The notes below the pieces were generated by a model. The model did not search any database. It saw only the letters and a list, made by a program, of their open reading frames with translations, and was not told the origin of the DNA. A DNA stretch of 64,000 bases, from NCBI RefSeq assembly GCF_009914755.1, contig NC_060943.1, one strand, 5' to 3'. Positions 28,471 through 44,014 of this stretch are shown here, piece after piece. Position 1 is the stretch's first letter, and each line of letters begins with the position of its first letter. Position numbers and translations under genes: made by a program. The stretch comes from the human T2T-CHM13v2.0 reference genome, Homo sapiens.

Positions 28471-30129
28471 TTGCATGCTGATTTCCGATATAAAAATGAA
28501 ATTTTTGAAGATTTTGGAGAATACCATCATGTAAATTGGAAGCTAAGGCCTAACTATTACTACACATTCAGCAAAGGAAGTGGGTATAAACTAACAACTT
28601 TGGCACATCTGTCATGCAGTAGTTTGCTGCAAGGTGGAAAAGATTTTGGTGCTTTGGTGGGAAATACTGTTGAATTACAGAAATTCTAAAACAAAAGCTG
28701 GCTCAGCTTAAAGAGAAAAGAAAATGCTTGCTAATGCCTGCTTGCACTAAAAGCTGTCACACTGTGGCCTTTAATAATTCTAAACATTTTTAATGGATTT
28801 TGGTTTGAACTTCAAATTCAATAGGAAAAATAAATGCACAGATAAAGGACCCAGATCATTTCAGAGCTCCAATGTGTGAACCCGTTTTCTCTACTTATTT
28901 AGAGTTTTGTTTCACTAGTGGCATGAGTTAATAGGAGTGTTGCTTTGTACATAAATTCTCTTTATTCCATAATTCTTGGTTTTAAAAATTGAATGCAATA
29001 CCAGAAACCTACAGGGTATAAATCTTGCTTGATGTGTGTGCAATGTACATACTTGATAATAATTGATTATATATCATATTTATAAAAAGAATCATGTGTA
29101 CTGTTTTAGGAGAACATACTTTACCCTGATACTTTATTGTTAAAAACAACAAAGCATTGTTCTAACTACTAAAAATCAAAAATTTAACTTTCTTTTAAAA
29201 GAGGTACATGTATCTTCAGAAATAAAAGGGATACCCAGAAGATAAGGTAGGTGTTCTGAAACACGAGGTGAAACATTTGAATGGGTTTTTTTTGTCAAAC
29301 AATAAATTTTTAACAAAGAAAAAGTTTGCATTATGGGTGAAGTATCCTTAGTATCTTTATACAAGATGAAATCCTGATTGATTAAAGATACGTTACTAAC
29401 TTTAAATGTCTTTTAATAAGTGCTTACATGCTAACTAGTATTTAGACTCATACCTGGCAGATACATTTAGACATAAGATTCTAACTTAGTTTCATTTCTG
29501 AGGAGGCTTGTGTATTTTCCTCTGTGATACAGAAAATAGATTTTTTTAAGCCATTTTATCTTTTACTTTAGAGTTTTAATTGTTTGTTAAGTGGTTTATA
29601 ATGGTTTAATTAACAACCCGAACAGGTTTTCTGTGATTTGGTTGGTTAAATCTATATGTATTTGGTTAAAATATTCTACGTCAAAGTTTTAAACCAAGAG
29701 TAACTTAAAGGAGTCTTAACTTGTGTTTCTCTGAATTTGATTTGTGTTTAAATTATGAAATTAAGTTTTCAAAGAACGATTTTTGTGTTCAAAAGCTTAA
29801 GGTTTCACAACTTAATTTTCCTAAGTACAATTTTTTTCTATCGGACTTAGCCTCCTTTTAGAAGACAGTTTTTTACTACCAAATTTACCATTCCCATTTT
29901 TTTTTTTACTTTTACAGATCTGTATTTAGTCCATAAATATCCAAATATCTGCTTGTGAAGGTTCTGTCTTTACCACCAAGCCTACCGGTATGGCAAAGAC
30001 ATACAGTTGCTAATCTCATTAAAGATAGATCACAATGAGAGAGACTCATCTAGCCATGAACAGGTCACTTCTATCAGTGTTAACTGCTCAAAGTTAAGTA
30101 TGACAAGAAGCTATGAAGTAAAGTTTGGC

Positions 30130-30745
30130 CTTTGTGTATGGGAGAGGAATGGAGGATGCCAGGATGCAGGTCAAGGAAGGCATCCTGTGGAAGTAACATT
30201 TGAGCTAATATCTGAAGGATGTGTGATAGAAGGAAAAAGAATGCTTCAGAGAACAGCTGGTACAAAAGCCCTGAGGTTGAAAAGGTGGATGTGTCAGGGA
30301 AATGGGGGAAGTACAGTGTCTGGAAGAAGAAAAGACACTGAATGAGGTGAATGACAGGAATGATGAAGTAGATAGGGGCTAGAGCAGATTGTAAGAACTC
30401 TGGAAAGCTTTGAAAACTGTTGGGCCAAAAAGTAGTATGATGAAATTTGCATGCTAAGGACTATTTTTACCCAAGTAGTAAATAGACCAGGTAGAAGGAA
30501 ATAATGATTGGCCTTCTGTTTGGAAGATCAGTTAGAAGGCTAGTTTATGAAAACTTTGAAAAGCAGTGATGGCCTGCAGCATCGTGACAGTAAAGATGGG
30601 AGCTCAAATGGATTTGATAAAGGTTTAAGAGGTAAGAGAGGCTTGCTGATTGGATGGTGTGGGGAAGGGATAGATAACTTCCTGATCTTGGATTTTATAG
30701 CTGGGTGGATGGTGGTGCCTCATTGAGACTGGAATGCTGGATTAA
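30130..30745 (-). mobile_element. LINE-2 fragment
   Basis: caaggaaggcatcctgtggaagtaacatttgagct...caaaagccctgagg...gctgggtggatggtggtgcc are antisense L2 motifs. Confidence 0.65.
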
Positions 30746-31896
30746 GCAATGTATATGAACAGGGCATGTTCCCTACCCTTTAAAGAGTTATGTATATGTT
30801 TTCCATGTTTTTAGCTATTTCTCCACTTGTAATGTGTTTTAGTTGGTTAAAAATTATGTACCTGGCATGGATGACGCATTAAATGTACTTATGTAACTGA
30901 TAAACCAATGTTACATTCTTGAAAATAAATTACATTCTATGAAAATAAATGGCTTTCTCCTATTCTTTTCCTTCTTTCAATTTTTTGATACTAAAATGCA
31001 AAGAAAAGATTTCTTGTAGATGACCTGAGCTTTTGAATGATTTTCAGATGAGATGTACACCTAAATGTTAAGAGTGTTGAAGTTTGTATTTGATTTAGTG
31101 ATGCTTTATCTGTTTGACTTGGAAGCATAGGATTCATGAGAAGAGACTTCGGGTAGGAAGCAAGCTAGGACTCTCAGGATGGCTTAAGCCCATCAGAGCA
31201 GTTCTGATGCTAATTAGGAGCATCAGAACTCCTTTCAAGGCCTGATTTTTCAAGTCATTTCTTAATTGAAAGCCCATGAAGAACATAAGTGGTCTTGTGA
31301 TATGCTTAATGTCTTAGAGATGTATCAATATTTTGCTTCAGCAGTAATCTGTGAAAATAAAGTTTATGTAGTAAACGGAAGTTGCTGTTTATCTACTGGA
31401 TGCTAAGATCTTCACTAGCTCTGTCAGTGCCAAAGAAAATGATTCATTTTACCCCTTTCACAAAGAGTGAAACTTATTTCCACAGAGTATTTGTCTAGCC
31501 AGCATTTAAATACTTCTGGTGATGACAGACTTTCTACCTACCCCTAAGCAGTCCTTGAGATTGTACTATATTTTTTAATGGCAAACAAAGTACTGTGTAT
31601 TTTAATGGCAAACAAAATAGTGATGTTGTCTGCTGAGTTGGTACATGCTAGAAGCTGGAGTGCAGGCAGGCTGTCCTGTGCTTTATGCAACTCAGGGAGA
31701 CAGCATGCAATCTGACCCCCAGAGAGTTCCATCAAGGCATGCCTCAACTACTCAGCGAGTGACCATCTTCTACCTTAAGATTTCTGCTCCTGAGAAAAAA
31801 TATCTGTCTCACTTGGCTGCACAGCCATCCTCTTCCGTGTGAATTAGGCCACCATCTTCTAAGACCATCTCACATAAAAGTTTTACTGGGACTCGC

Positions 31897-32269
<373 letters not shown>

Positions 32270-34199
32270 TCATCCACATGACTCACCAGAATCGGAGGTG
32301 AGCCCCACTGTGCTCCAAAGATGGTCCTCTGTTATGGTATTAATCCTGACAGATGTAACCTGAACATCCCTTTGGGCCCCTGGTAGCACTGATTTTCCCA
32401 TTTTGGGGAGAATATGATTTTTCATCTCTTGCTTGAGCCCATGGATAATTCTGCATCACCACACCATAAATATCATTAGGATGGACACCATGCTTTATTC
32501 CATTTCTATATGGGATAAGAGAAACTGAATATAAAGGAATAATACTTTAAAAAGCCCTCCCTACTCCTCACTTTAAAAAATTGAAATAGCTTGGTGAAGG
32601 GATGCTGGGAAGAATACTTCTAAAGCTAAGCTTAAATATGGTTTTTGAAAAGTTAAATCTTAAGGTACTCTACAAATAACTCAGAGTTTTTGCCTCACTG
32701 TGACCCAAGCGTATGCATGCATTTAGAAGTCTAATTACAAGTTAGTCATAAATATATCTTACCAGATAATTACCATGTTGTGAATATCCAAAATTGGAAT
32801 CAATAGTATGTTCAGAAACAATTTGTGGTGACAAGTATATATAAGGCAACTTTTAGATAAGCCACTCATAGCTACTTATTTTGGAGAGTGCTGGATAATG
32901 GTGACCATACATGCTGTCTGTTGGGTGATGTAAGTTTTCCTAAATATTTGTGTATTTGCACTGTTATAGTGCTGCTTCCTCAAGGCCCTGGTGTGTTACA
33001 TTTTCTATGCTTTGGGGTATGGGCATGTCTTACATATGGCTGTCTTCTGTATATGTTAGACCTTCTATTGTGGTAAGACTAAGTGAATGAAAGTTGAATA
33101 TATTTTCTGTGAAGTCCCTGAGGAAATTAATTAAGTTAATAAAGAAATACAAGTTTGAAATTTGAGTTTACTTCAGAGAAGTAATTTGAGTTTACTTCAG
33201 AGAAATTAAAAATTATATCTGGTAATACAGGCCATGCGATGTGTCTTAGGGTTGTCTGTAATATGCCTATTCTTTGCATGCCCAAAGCCAGTGTCATGTT
33301 GCTAAGAATGTGAGATCAGGATATATGCTGTAAAATTACTCTTTCTTCAGGAAAGCGGATGCTGTGCCTCAGAATGAGAGTGTGTGTGTATGTTTGGTCT
33401 TCTTGTGACAGTAAGTGCTGAAAACAGGGTAGTCACTCATCTTCTCCGTTTCTCATGGATTTGGCTTTTTTTAAGCAGCTCTAGATGTAGATGTGGTGAA
33501 CATGGTGGTCTGTGTGTTCTGAAGCTTGCTGTGCGCCTTTGTTACTCTGTTCTGCACTGGAGAGTGGATAGTGTGTGGTCATGTGTTTGTTTTGTGTTAT
33601 GCTAAGAGAAAGGGAGAAGTATCAGTGTATTGGAGAAGTGGAGTGGTTAACACTGGTCAAATTCTTATGTTTAGAGATTATTATTTATTTCATTATTATC
33701 TTTACAGTAAATGGAGTTTTGTAAGGGCTCATTTGCCCAGCTTGTCTCTAAGAAGTCTGATAGTAGCTAGGGCTGTCTCTGGTGTCTCTTCAGAAAATTA
33801 AATAAACAGAAATCCAGTCCTAACCAGAAACTATGACATGCTTCTATTACAAACAAATCTGTCTAGAGTACTTTTAAATAAGTTTAACCTACAATATTCA
33901 AGTTGCAGACAAACTTTGGTGAAAACCATTTCTTAGCCAGGTTTGTTTGTATTTGCATTAAATCATATAAACCAGAAGTTAAATCTTTCTGTTTCTCTTC
34001 TACCTGTGCTAGACCTATTATTAATCGATAGGAATCCAGTCTGTAAGTCAATAATCAAAAGTTGAACTTTAATTTTCACCCTTTGTTGGTTGTTAGCTTT
34101 TTTACATAGAAACACACTCACCATGATGGCAGTAAGAGCAGAAGTCATAAGATCTAACAATTACTGACCACTAGCTACCAGCATCCTAATTTTTTTTTT

Positions 34200-34355
34200 A
34201 ACACATCATCTTTTTCATTCATTACATGACAGAGGGATGTAGATGTAATTATTATCCTCAGGATTCACGTGAGAAAACAGAGACCCAGGGAGGCAGCCAG
34301 CTATTAGAACTCAAACTGTTAAGTTTGTCTCCAGGGCTGTGCTTCTGACCCCTGC
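34200..34355 (-). mobile_element. MIR fragment
   Basis: attattatcctcaggattcacgtgagaaaacagagacccagggagg resembles the antisense MIR core. Confidence 0.55.
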
Positions 34356-35729
34356 CGGACTACCTACCATAGAGACACGATTCGTTCACCAAACAAATAC
34401 TAACTGAAAATCTCCTGTGTGCAGAGTTCTCCCTGTTAGGCACATCAAGCGAAAAGATGGGCACCCCAAGGAAAAAGTATAAGTGTGCCAGGACAGGGTC
34501 CTGATTTCCAGAAATAAATCACAGCTTACCTAGTCAACACCTCATTTTACCTAATATTTGACGACATAAGTGGGACCTTCCCTTCTGTGATGATCAGGAA
34601 TGGAGATTGGTATTCTGTGGACTGAGGGGCTTGCATAGGTCGTGTTACTACATGAACTGACTGACTTGGATTTGTGTGCCCTTAAAGAGGGGAGGTTCAA
34701 CAAGACACTAAAGCAGAATACTAGCAGGCTGAGACCCAGTGGGAAAGAAGAGTGAAACCCTGAACAAAGCCTGTCAAGGATCAAATTTTTACCATGTTCT
34801 CATTGCAAAGGATAATGTGTGAAAAAGAGGTGGTCTTTCACATGGTGGGAAATATTCCAGAAGTGAAAAAGGGTGGGCATGGACTCTGCGATTCTGCTGG
34901 TCCTCTGTGTGGTGGATCATGGGGGACTCTCTTATCTTTTGAAACCTTTTTTGTGGACACCCACTTTTAACCTCACTGGAAGTGCTGAGCCCTATTCAAG
35001 GACCCATATGAAACCTCCTTTTGAAGAGATTTCAAACTGTACACTCATAAGTGTTTGGGAAATTTAGTTTTGCTTTGGGTAGGCCCAACGCCTTGAGAAC
35101 AGGTCTATTGGTTTGTTATAATAGGTTATTGTTACTTTACATATTATAGAAACTCAAGGTTTTGCCTCAGAATTTGCATTGGGGTGATCCTAAAAAGTTC
35201 ATAACGTGATATGAGCCAAGTAAAGGCAACAATTGAATTGGCTTGACTACTCATCTAATCTAAAGATTTGTCCAAGCTCAACTGTGATAGCCTCTGGGAG
35301 GTATTATTTCTTTGTTGTTTTGCTTTTTAAGCAGGAGGAGCCACATGTACTGGAGGACAGTGAGAGGAAGACCTTCTGTGTTTTGAGTATGTTTGAGATG
35401 GGGTCACCAGTGTGCCTAGATTCTTTTATGAGGGTGCCTGAACAAGTTATGAAATTGGGAAATCTTGCATTGTGATAAGCACTTGAGGGTCTGTTTCCTG
35501 TTTCTTCCTATCTGTGGATAAGGACTATTTTGAAACTAGGAATAAATAGAGAAATGAAGTCATGCATGCTACCAGCTCAATTTTAACTGACTTGTCTTCT
35601 CTATTTACTGCTAGTATTATTATTATCATTGTTATATTTCTCATGACATTGGGAGAGTTTCAGCAAAGCAATAGTGGAAAGCAATGTGGATTAGCAGACC
35701 AGCATTCTGGCTCCTTTCTTTTGTCATCT

Positions 35730-36240
35730 GTTGAATATCACTTTCAGCAAGCTTGGATTGGGAACCATTTTTTGATGCCCACACCTGGTACCAGGCTGCG
35801 GAACTATAAAGATTGATATAATATGGTTCTAGTTCTAAAATTCACCAGTGACTCACAAACAGCAAGAACAAGTGGAGAACTGGCAAGTGAAAAGTTGCAG
35901 TGCAAAGAAAAGGTGATACCCTCAAATGTACATGTTTTCCATGTGTAGAGGAAGAGTGTGGGAAAGAAGAAATGTAAATTTAGGCAAAAAAGTAGTTTAA
36001 GTACAGGACTTGAAGTATTAAAATATAAGGCTTATTTGAGGACAGGGTAGGACAAGAAGTAGAGTGTGACAAGAGAATATAGTTTGGAAGTGTTGTGTAG
36101 AGTTGGCATGATGAGAGATACTGGCCTTAGGAAAATGGATGAGGGGCTCAGCTGTGTAGGCTGTTATGAGCCATCAAATGTTTTGGAGCAGGGCTGTAAT
36201 GTGAGCAGCTCTGTGTTTCAGAGGGAACACTGCTAACGTT
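35730..36240 (-). mobile_element. LINE-2 fragment
   Basis: Degenerate antisense L2 3' motifs (ttcagcaagc...taccaggc...ttttggagcagggctgtaatgtgagcagctctgtgtttcag). Confidence 0.5.
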
Positions 36241-36819
36241 TTAGAAAGTTTAAGCTTGAAAAAAGACAATGTGTTCAGCAACGTGCAGTGCAAACTTGTA
36301 ATTTGGTACCCTTTTTGATAGAATACATTTTCCCTTTTTAAAAAGAGACTTTTCAGCCCAGAATGTATTGGCTGCCTTCCTATACATGGTTAAATAATAA
36401 TAGAAGGTGAGAAACATTTATTTTCCACAAATCAAATTCAATTAGACAATGTTTAAACTTCCCTAATTGTATTTACTAATTGGTACTTATTTAAACTCCT
36501 TAGAGAGTAGACAATTTTAGAAGGGACGGACTTCTTTTCTCTCAAAAACATTGAATATGAACACTAGGAGCTGAATGGAGATATATGTAAAATAATTTTG
36601 AACAAATGATTATTATAATGGGGTTACCAAAAGCTTATACAAATCAGTAAAAAGTTAAATAATTCAGTAGCAAAATAAGCAGAAGACCTTACTAGGTAAT
36701 TCAAAAGTAGTACACTAAACATATATAAAACCAAGTTACCTAAATAGTTACTAAAATGCATATTAAAATAATGAGACGCCAGTTTTTCACATACCAAAAA
36801 AGAATTTTTTTAACTGGAA

Positions 36820-37798
36820 TTTTTTAAACTTTTTATTTATTATTCTTTAAGTTCTAGGGTACATGTGCATAGCGTGGAGGTTTGTTATAGTCAGGAACCT
36901 CAGGCTTCAGGTCTGTTGGAGTTTGCTGGAGGTCCACTCCAGACTCTGTTTGCCTGGGTACCAGTAGAGGCTGCAGAGCAACAGATATTGCAGAACAGCA
37001 AATGTTGCTGCCTGATCCTTCCTCTGGAAGCTTCGTCTCAGAGGGGCACCCGGCTGTATGAGATGTCAGTTGGCCCCTACAGGGAGTTGTCTCCCAGTTA
37101 GGCTACTCGGGGGTCAGGGAGCCACTTGAAGAGGCAGTCTGTCTATTCTCAGATCTCAAACTCTGTGCTGGGAGAACCACTACTCTCTTCAAAGCTGTCA
37201 GACAGGGATGTTTAAGTCTGCAGAAGTTTCTGCTACCTTTTCTTCAGCTATGCCCTGCCCCCAGAGGCACAGTCTACAGAGGCAGGCAGGCCTCCTTGAG
37301 CTGCAGTGGGCTCCAACCAATTCAAACTTCCCGGCTGCTTTGTTTACCTAGTCAAGCCTCAGCGATGGTGGACGCCCCTCCCCCAACCTCGCTGCCACCT
37401 TGCAGTTTGATCTCGGACTGCTGTGCTAGCAGTGAGCAAGGCTCCATGGGCATGGGACCCTCCGTGCCAGGCACAGGATATAATCTCCTGGTGTGCCGTT
37501 TGCTAAGACCGTTGGAAAAGTGTAGCATTAGGGTGGGAGTGTCCCAATTTTCCAAGTACCATCTGTCACGGCTTCCCTTGCCTAGGAAAGGGAATTCCCC
37601 GACCCCTTGCGCTTTCTGGGTGAGGTGATGCCCTACCCTGCTTCAGCTCACACTCCATGGGCTGCACCCACTGTCTAACAAGTCACAGTGAGATGAACCC
37701 AGTACCTCAGTTGGAAATGCAGAAATCACCTGTCTTCTGCGTCACTCATGCTGGGAGCCGTAGACTGGAGCTGTTCCTATTCGGCCATCTTGGAACCC
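36820..37798 (-). mobile_element. L1PA (about PA5-7) reduced to 5'UTR plus the extreme 3' end; ORF1 and ORF2 absent
   Basis: T-rich tail and 'ctttaagttctagggtacatgtgca...ggtttgtta' (L1 3' end) joined at ~36887 to 'agtcagg...ctgttggagtttgctggaggtccactccagac' (5'UTR), ending 'cctattcggccatcttgg' (L1 5' terminus). Confidence 0.9.
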
Positions 37799-38007
37799 CG
37801 GAAAATACTTTTTAAAATAACATGTTCCATTAAACTCTTCATAAATGATAATTGTAGGGAAACAAGAGCTTTCTAACACTGTTACCGGAAGTACAATTTG
37901 ATGTCATATTTGTATATGGCAGGTTTTACACTGTGCATCAGCAGCCTTTAAAATGTGCTACATTTCTTAATATAGTAATTTTAACTAATATATTAATTTT
38001 AACATAA

Positions 38008-38744
38008 TGAAGTGGAATCACTTGTTTGGGGTGAATGCCTGAGGTTCATCATCTCATACCAAGGAAATCGAGTACATGGACACAGAAAAACTTGGTTTAG
38101 GAGCAGAGGTTTAATAGGCAAAAGAAAGAGAAAGGAGAATAGCTCTCTCTCCTGAGAAAGAGTGGGACTTTTAGCTTGCAGAGAAGTGCACTGGATTTTA
38201 CAGACTGCCTTCAGGAGGCAGTGTCTGATTTACATAGGGGCCAAAGATTGGCTGGATCAGGTATGGATGTTTACACAGCTTAGGAGGAAGCTAGCTAATC
38301 TTCAATTATGCAAATGGAGCACTTGCCAGCACCATGTTGCCTGTTCGTTACTCTACACGTGGTTTACAAAGAAAAGGGAAGATGGAGCCACCATTTTGAA
38401 CATGTGTCCTTTCCAGGTAGCTCCTTTTCCTATTAGCAGAGCTGCAGGCATTTATTCATGCAAGCTTCCAGCTCGCTTATCTATGTCTGCAGCTCAATCT
38501 TACAGGCTGCTCTTTGTTAAAAAGAAATAATTTGGGGGTTTTTATTAAAAGGAAAACTTTACCAAGGACTGTTTTTGCCCTCACTCACTATCTGCCTAAA
38601 TTATTTATTTATTTATTCATTTTTGTTTTTGTTGAGATGGATTCTCGCTGTCGCCCAGGCTGGAGTGCAGTGGCGTGATCTCCGCCCACTGCAGGCTCCG
38701 CCCCCCAGGTTCATGCCGTTCTCCTGCTTTTAACTCCTGTATCA
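38008..38744 (-). mobile_element. ERV1 solo LTR (LTR9/MER61-like)
   Basis: TG...CA termini (tgaagtgg...aactcctgtatca); 4-bp TSD ATAA on both sides. Confidence 0.8.
38601..38727 (-). mobile_element. 5'-truncated AluY-like right-arm fragment inside the LTR
   Basis: T-rich tail plus gagatggattctcgctgtcgcccaggctggagtgcagtggcg...ttctcctgc, ending abruptly. Confidence 0.85.
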
Positions 38745-38829
38745 ATAATAGTTAATGTCATGGGAAACATTTATAACGTATTTGTATGTATGAATAAGCA
38801 AGATAGCAAGTTTTAACTAGTGGTTGTGT

Positions 38830-39000
38830 TTAATTTATTTATACAAATGTGTTGGGTGCAAGTATAATTTAGTTACATGCATAGATTGCATAGTGGTGAA
38901 GTCAGGGCTTTTATGGTATCCATCACTCGAATAATGTACATTATAACTATTAAGTAATTTCTCACCATCTACCCCACCCTACCTTCTTACTCTTTCATGT
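38830..39000 (-). mobile_element. L1MA/L1PB 3'-end fragment
   Basis: gttacatgcatagattgcatagtggtgaagtcagggctttt...tatccatcactcgaataatgtacatt. Confidence 0.75.
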
Positions 39001-40615
39001 CAGGTGTGCTGGCCCTCAATGACCAACACAACAAAGATAAATTTATTGTTTTCTGAGACTTAGACTTAGACTTAGAATTCAAAATCAACCTAAGAGAAAA
39101 GATGACCCCGAGCCAATAAAACATTTGTTTTATATATATATGTATTTATAAACACACACATACACAGACATGTATATATATGTGTGTGTGTATGTGTGTG
39201 TGTATATATATATATTTGTTTATACTGAAGAAACTCATACAGAGTCTTTCCCACTGCACAAACCCAAAAGTAAAGCCACATGGCCCTATGCAATAAACAT
39301 TATGGTAATAACTTCAAAAAAAAAAAAAAACTTCCTCCAATGAATGTAAATTCGAAAATAAAATGAAACAACTATTTCTCCAGATGTGCAGAAATCAATA
39401 TAAAGACACATAAAGACACAGGAAACACAGAAAAGCAAGGCTTATGACACTTTCAAAGGAACACAATAATTCTCCAGTACTCTAAGAAAAAAAAATTCAT
39501 TGAAATGGCTTTAAAATACTTTAAAAAGACTTCAAAATATAGATTTTAAAGAAACTCAAAGAGAGGCAAGAGAAATCTGAAAACCAGTACAAAAATAAAT
39601 AAATAAATTTAGAGTCCAAATGGGAAATGTTCCAAGGAGATAGATATCTTTTAATAGAAACTGAAACAAAAATTATGGAACTGAAGATTTATTGCAGGCA
39701 AAAGAAAATACATTCAAAGATTCAATAATAGACTGGAAGAAACATAAAAATAATTTTCAAACCTTTAAACAGGTCTTTTAAAATAATACACTCAGACAAA
39801 AATAAGGAGAAAAGAATAAAAAAGAATGAAGACTTTGTTTCCAACTACATGAAGTAACTAAACTTTAAAATTATCAGTGTTTCTGAGGAAGAAAAAACAT
39901 CAAAAAGTTTAGAAAACCTATTTAAGAAAACAATTGATGAAAACTTTCCAACTCTAGCAATAGAATTAGACATACATACACAGGAAGCTCAGCAAACAAA
40001 ATACAACAAAATATAAACAAAATATATTGCAAAACAGACATCATAATGGCACATGATAATCAGAATATCTAAAGTCAAAGTGAAGGAAGTAATTCTAAAA
40101 TAAGCAAAAGAAAAGCATCTAGTAATTTATAAAGAAAACCACATTAGATTAAAAGCAGACTTCTCAGCAGAAACTTTACTGACCAGAAGAGAATGGGATG
40201 GCACTTTTAGAGTGTTGAAAAAAAAGAAAACTGCCAGCCAAAAATTTTATATCAAGCTAGAATAACCTTCACAAATGAAGAATATAAAGTCTTACCCTGA
40301 CAAATAAATGCTGGGGAAACTAATTACCACTAGACTGGGCCTATGAAAGATGTTAAAAAAAATTCTAATATAAAAACAAGAGATTGATATTCACCATTAT
40401 TAAAATATATAAAAGTATAAAACTAACAGGTCTTACAAAACAAAACAAAGTGAAATAAATCAAATCACAACATGACAGAATTTTATTAAACTACAAAGAC
40501 AGATAAAAAAATAAGACAAGAAAATAATTAACATTATGATAGTAACAAAACCTTACATATTAATATTTACCTTGAATATAAATAAATTAAATCCTTCATT
40601 GAAATGTATAGATTT

Positions 40616-40916
40616 GGTTGGGTGCGGTGGCTCACGCCTGTAGTCCCAGCACTTTGGGAGGGTGAGGTGAGGGTATCACGAGGTCAAGAGATCAAGACCA
40701 GCCTGGTGAATATGATGAAACCCCGTCTCTTCTGAAAATACAAAAATTAGCTGAGCGTGGTGGTGTGTGCCTGTAGTCCCAGCTACTCAGGAGGCTGAGA
40801 CAGGAGAATCACTTCAATAGGGGAGGCAGAGGTTGCAGTGAGCAGTGGGACGAGATCGCGCCACTGCACTCCAGCCTGGCGATGGAGCAAGACTCCGTCT
40901 CAAAAAAAAAAAAAAA
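40616..40916 (+). mobile_element. AluS
   Basis: Full Alu; TSD GTATAGATTT. Confidence 0.95.
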
Positions 40917-41500
40917 GTATAGATTTATGAAATGAATGAGAAAAAATAACGCAAATCTATGTTGCCTACAAAAATCTCACCTTACTTGTAAGACACATAT
41001 AGATTAAAGGCAAATGGGGGGGAATATATTAACACAAACAGAAACCAAAAGTAAATAGGAGTATCTATACTTACATCAAATAAAACAGACTTTAAATTAA
41101 AAAGCTGTAACAAAAAAGGATAAAGATCATCATCCAATAATAAAGAAATCATTTCAGCCAAAAGATATAACAATTCTAAATATATATGAACCCAACATCA
41201 CAGCACCCTGATTTACAAAGAAATATTATTAAATCTATAGAACGAGATAGACAGTAATACAATAATAGTGGAGAAATTCAACATTCTACTCACAGCATTA
41301 GAGAGACCATTGAGATAGGAAATCTGGCAAATCAACAAAGTATCCCCCCAAATCAAAATTATACGAACTACCTACTTAGACCACAGTAGAATAAAACTAC
41401 AAATCAGTATCAAGAGAAATTTCAGAAACTATAAATTTACAAAGAATTTAAATAACATACTCCTCAACAGTGACTATGTAAATGAAGTAATTATGATGGT

Positions 41501-41912
<412 letters not shown>

Positions 41913-42900
41913 CTAAAGGCCTGCATCAAAAAAATAGAAAGCTTACATATTAAGGACCTGACATCACATTTCAAAGAACTAGAAAATTAATAACAAATCA
42001 AATCCCAAGTTAGAAGAGGAAATAAATAAAAATCAGAACAGAACCAAATGACATGAAGTCCAAAAACAATAAAAATGACCAACAGAATAAAGAGTTGGTT
42101 TTTCAAAAAGACAAAATTGGTAAATTGCTAGCTAGATTAACCACAAATAGAATAGAAATCTAAATAAACAAATCAGATATAAAAGAACAGACATTACAAT
42201 GGATACAACAGTAATACAGAAGATCACTAGAAACGATTATAAACAACTAGACACTCACAAACCTGAAAACCTAGAAAGAATGAATAAATCCATGGAAACA
42301 AACAACCTCCCAAGATAGAGTCGGGAAGAAATAGAGTACCTGAACAAACCAATACTGAGTAGCATGATTGAGTCAGCAATAAAAAAAAATGTCTTGACAA
42401 AGAAAAGCTCAGGACTAAATGCACAGCAAAATTCTACCAAGTGTACAAACAATAATAATCCTCCTGAAACTCTTACCAAAAATTGAGGATAATAAAACTC
42501 TTCCTAAGTCACTCAGAGGTCAGTATCACCCTGATACCAAAACTAGCCAAGGACACAACAAAGAAAACTATTATTAAATTATTATTTATTATATTATTAT
42601 TATAAAAAATAGACAAATGGAAATCAAACTAAAAGTTTTGGCACAGAAAAAAAAATCAGCAGGGTAAATATGCAAGCTACAGAATAAAAGAAAATATTTG
42701 CAAACTACGTGCCAACATGGAACTAATATTCAGTACTTACAAATAACTCAAACAACTCAAAAATATAATAATAGTAATAATAAAGAATTCTATTGACAAT
42801 TGAGCAAATAACATTACTAATCATTTTTCAATAAAGACATACAAATAGCCAACACGCATATGAAAAAAATGCTCAATCTCAACTAAAAATAAAACTGCCA

Positions 42901-43193
<293 letters not shown>

Positions 43194-44014
43194 AGAACTA
43201 TCATTTGATTCAGAAATCTCATCATTGGGTATCTACCCAAAGAAAAATAGTTTATTATATGAAAATGATACGTATACTTGCACATTTATTGCAGCATGCT
43301 CACAACAGCAAACTGTATATATCAGAAAAGCTTAATATTCAAAATATATAGAAAATTCAAAGCAAAAGCAAGTATAATAATAACAATAATAATCCAACTA
43401 AAAAATGGTTGAAAGAGTGAAAAAAATATTTTGCCAACAAATATATACAAATGACCAATAGATATATAAAAAAGTGCTCAATATCACCTACCAAAAGGCA
43501 ACTGCAAATGAAAACAATGATGAGCTATCACTCGAAATCTGTTAGGATTGCTAATATTAAAAAAAAATAGAGAAGTAACATCTGTCATTCATGTTCCTGT
43601 GATTTCTGAAACAAATCTTAATATCACCACTCCTCTTACACATTTCAGACATGATGGGAAAAGAAACGTTAAATGATCTAACATGCAGTTCCTCTAAAAT
43701 ACTCAGAAATATTCTTATACTCCCCCAAAACAATGGAAGAGCAGGCATATCATGCAGCACCTTATAAGCCATAAAGAGGACTTTAGCTCTCACGGTACCC
43801 TCTAAGGAAAATCACTAAATAGGAAGTAGGATCCTTAAAGAATTTAAGGGTATGGGACAAAAGATGCTCCTATTTGGGAGCTAGAGAAATAAATGGCTTT
43901 TTAGGAAACCTTTCCATGGAAGCAGAGCATTCTATACCACATTTTAAGGTCTGAAATTCTTTCTGACCTTCGTATCCCTCGTCTCTGTTATCTGCTTCAT
44001 TCATGCTTACCTAC

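Noticed and set aside
34580-34629. C/D-box snoRNA-like motif (cccttct-GTGATGA...CTGA-gggg)
   Set aside because: Only 28 nt separate the boxes, with no clear C'/D' pair or recognisable rRNA guide; an Rfam/snoscan hit would be needed.
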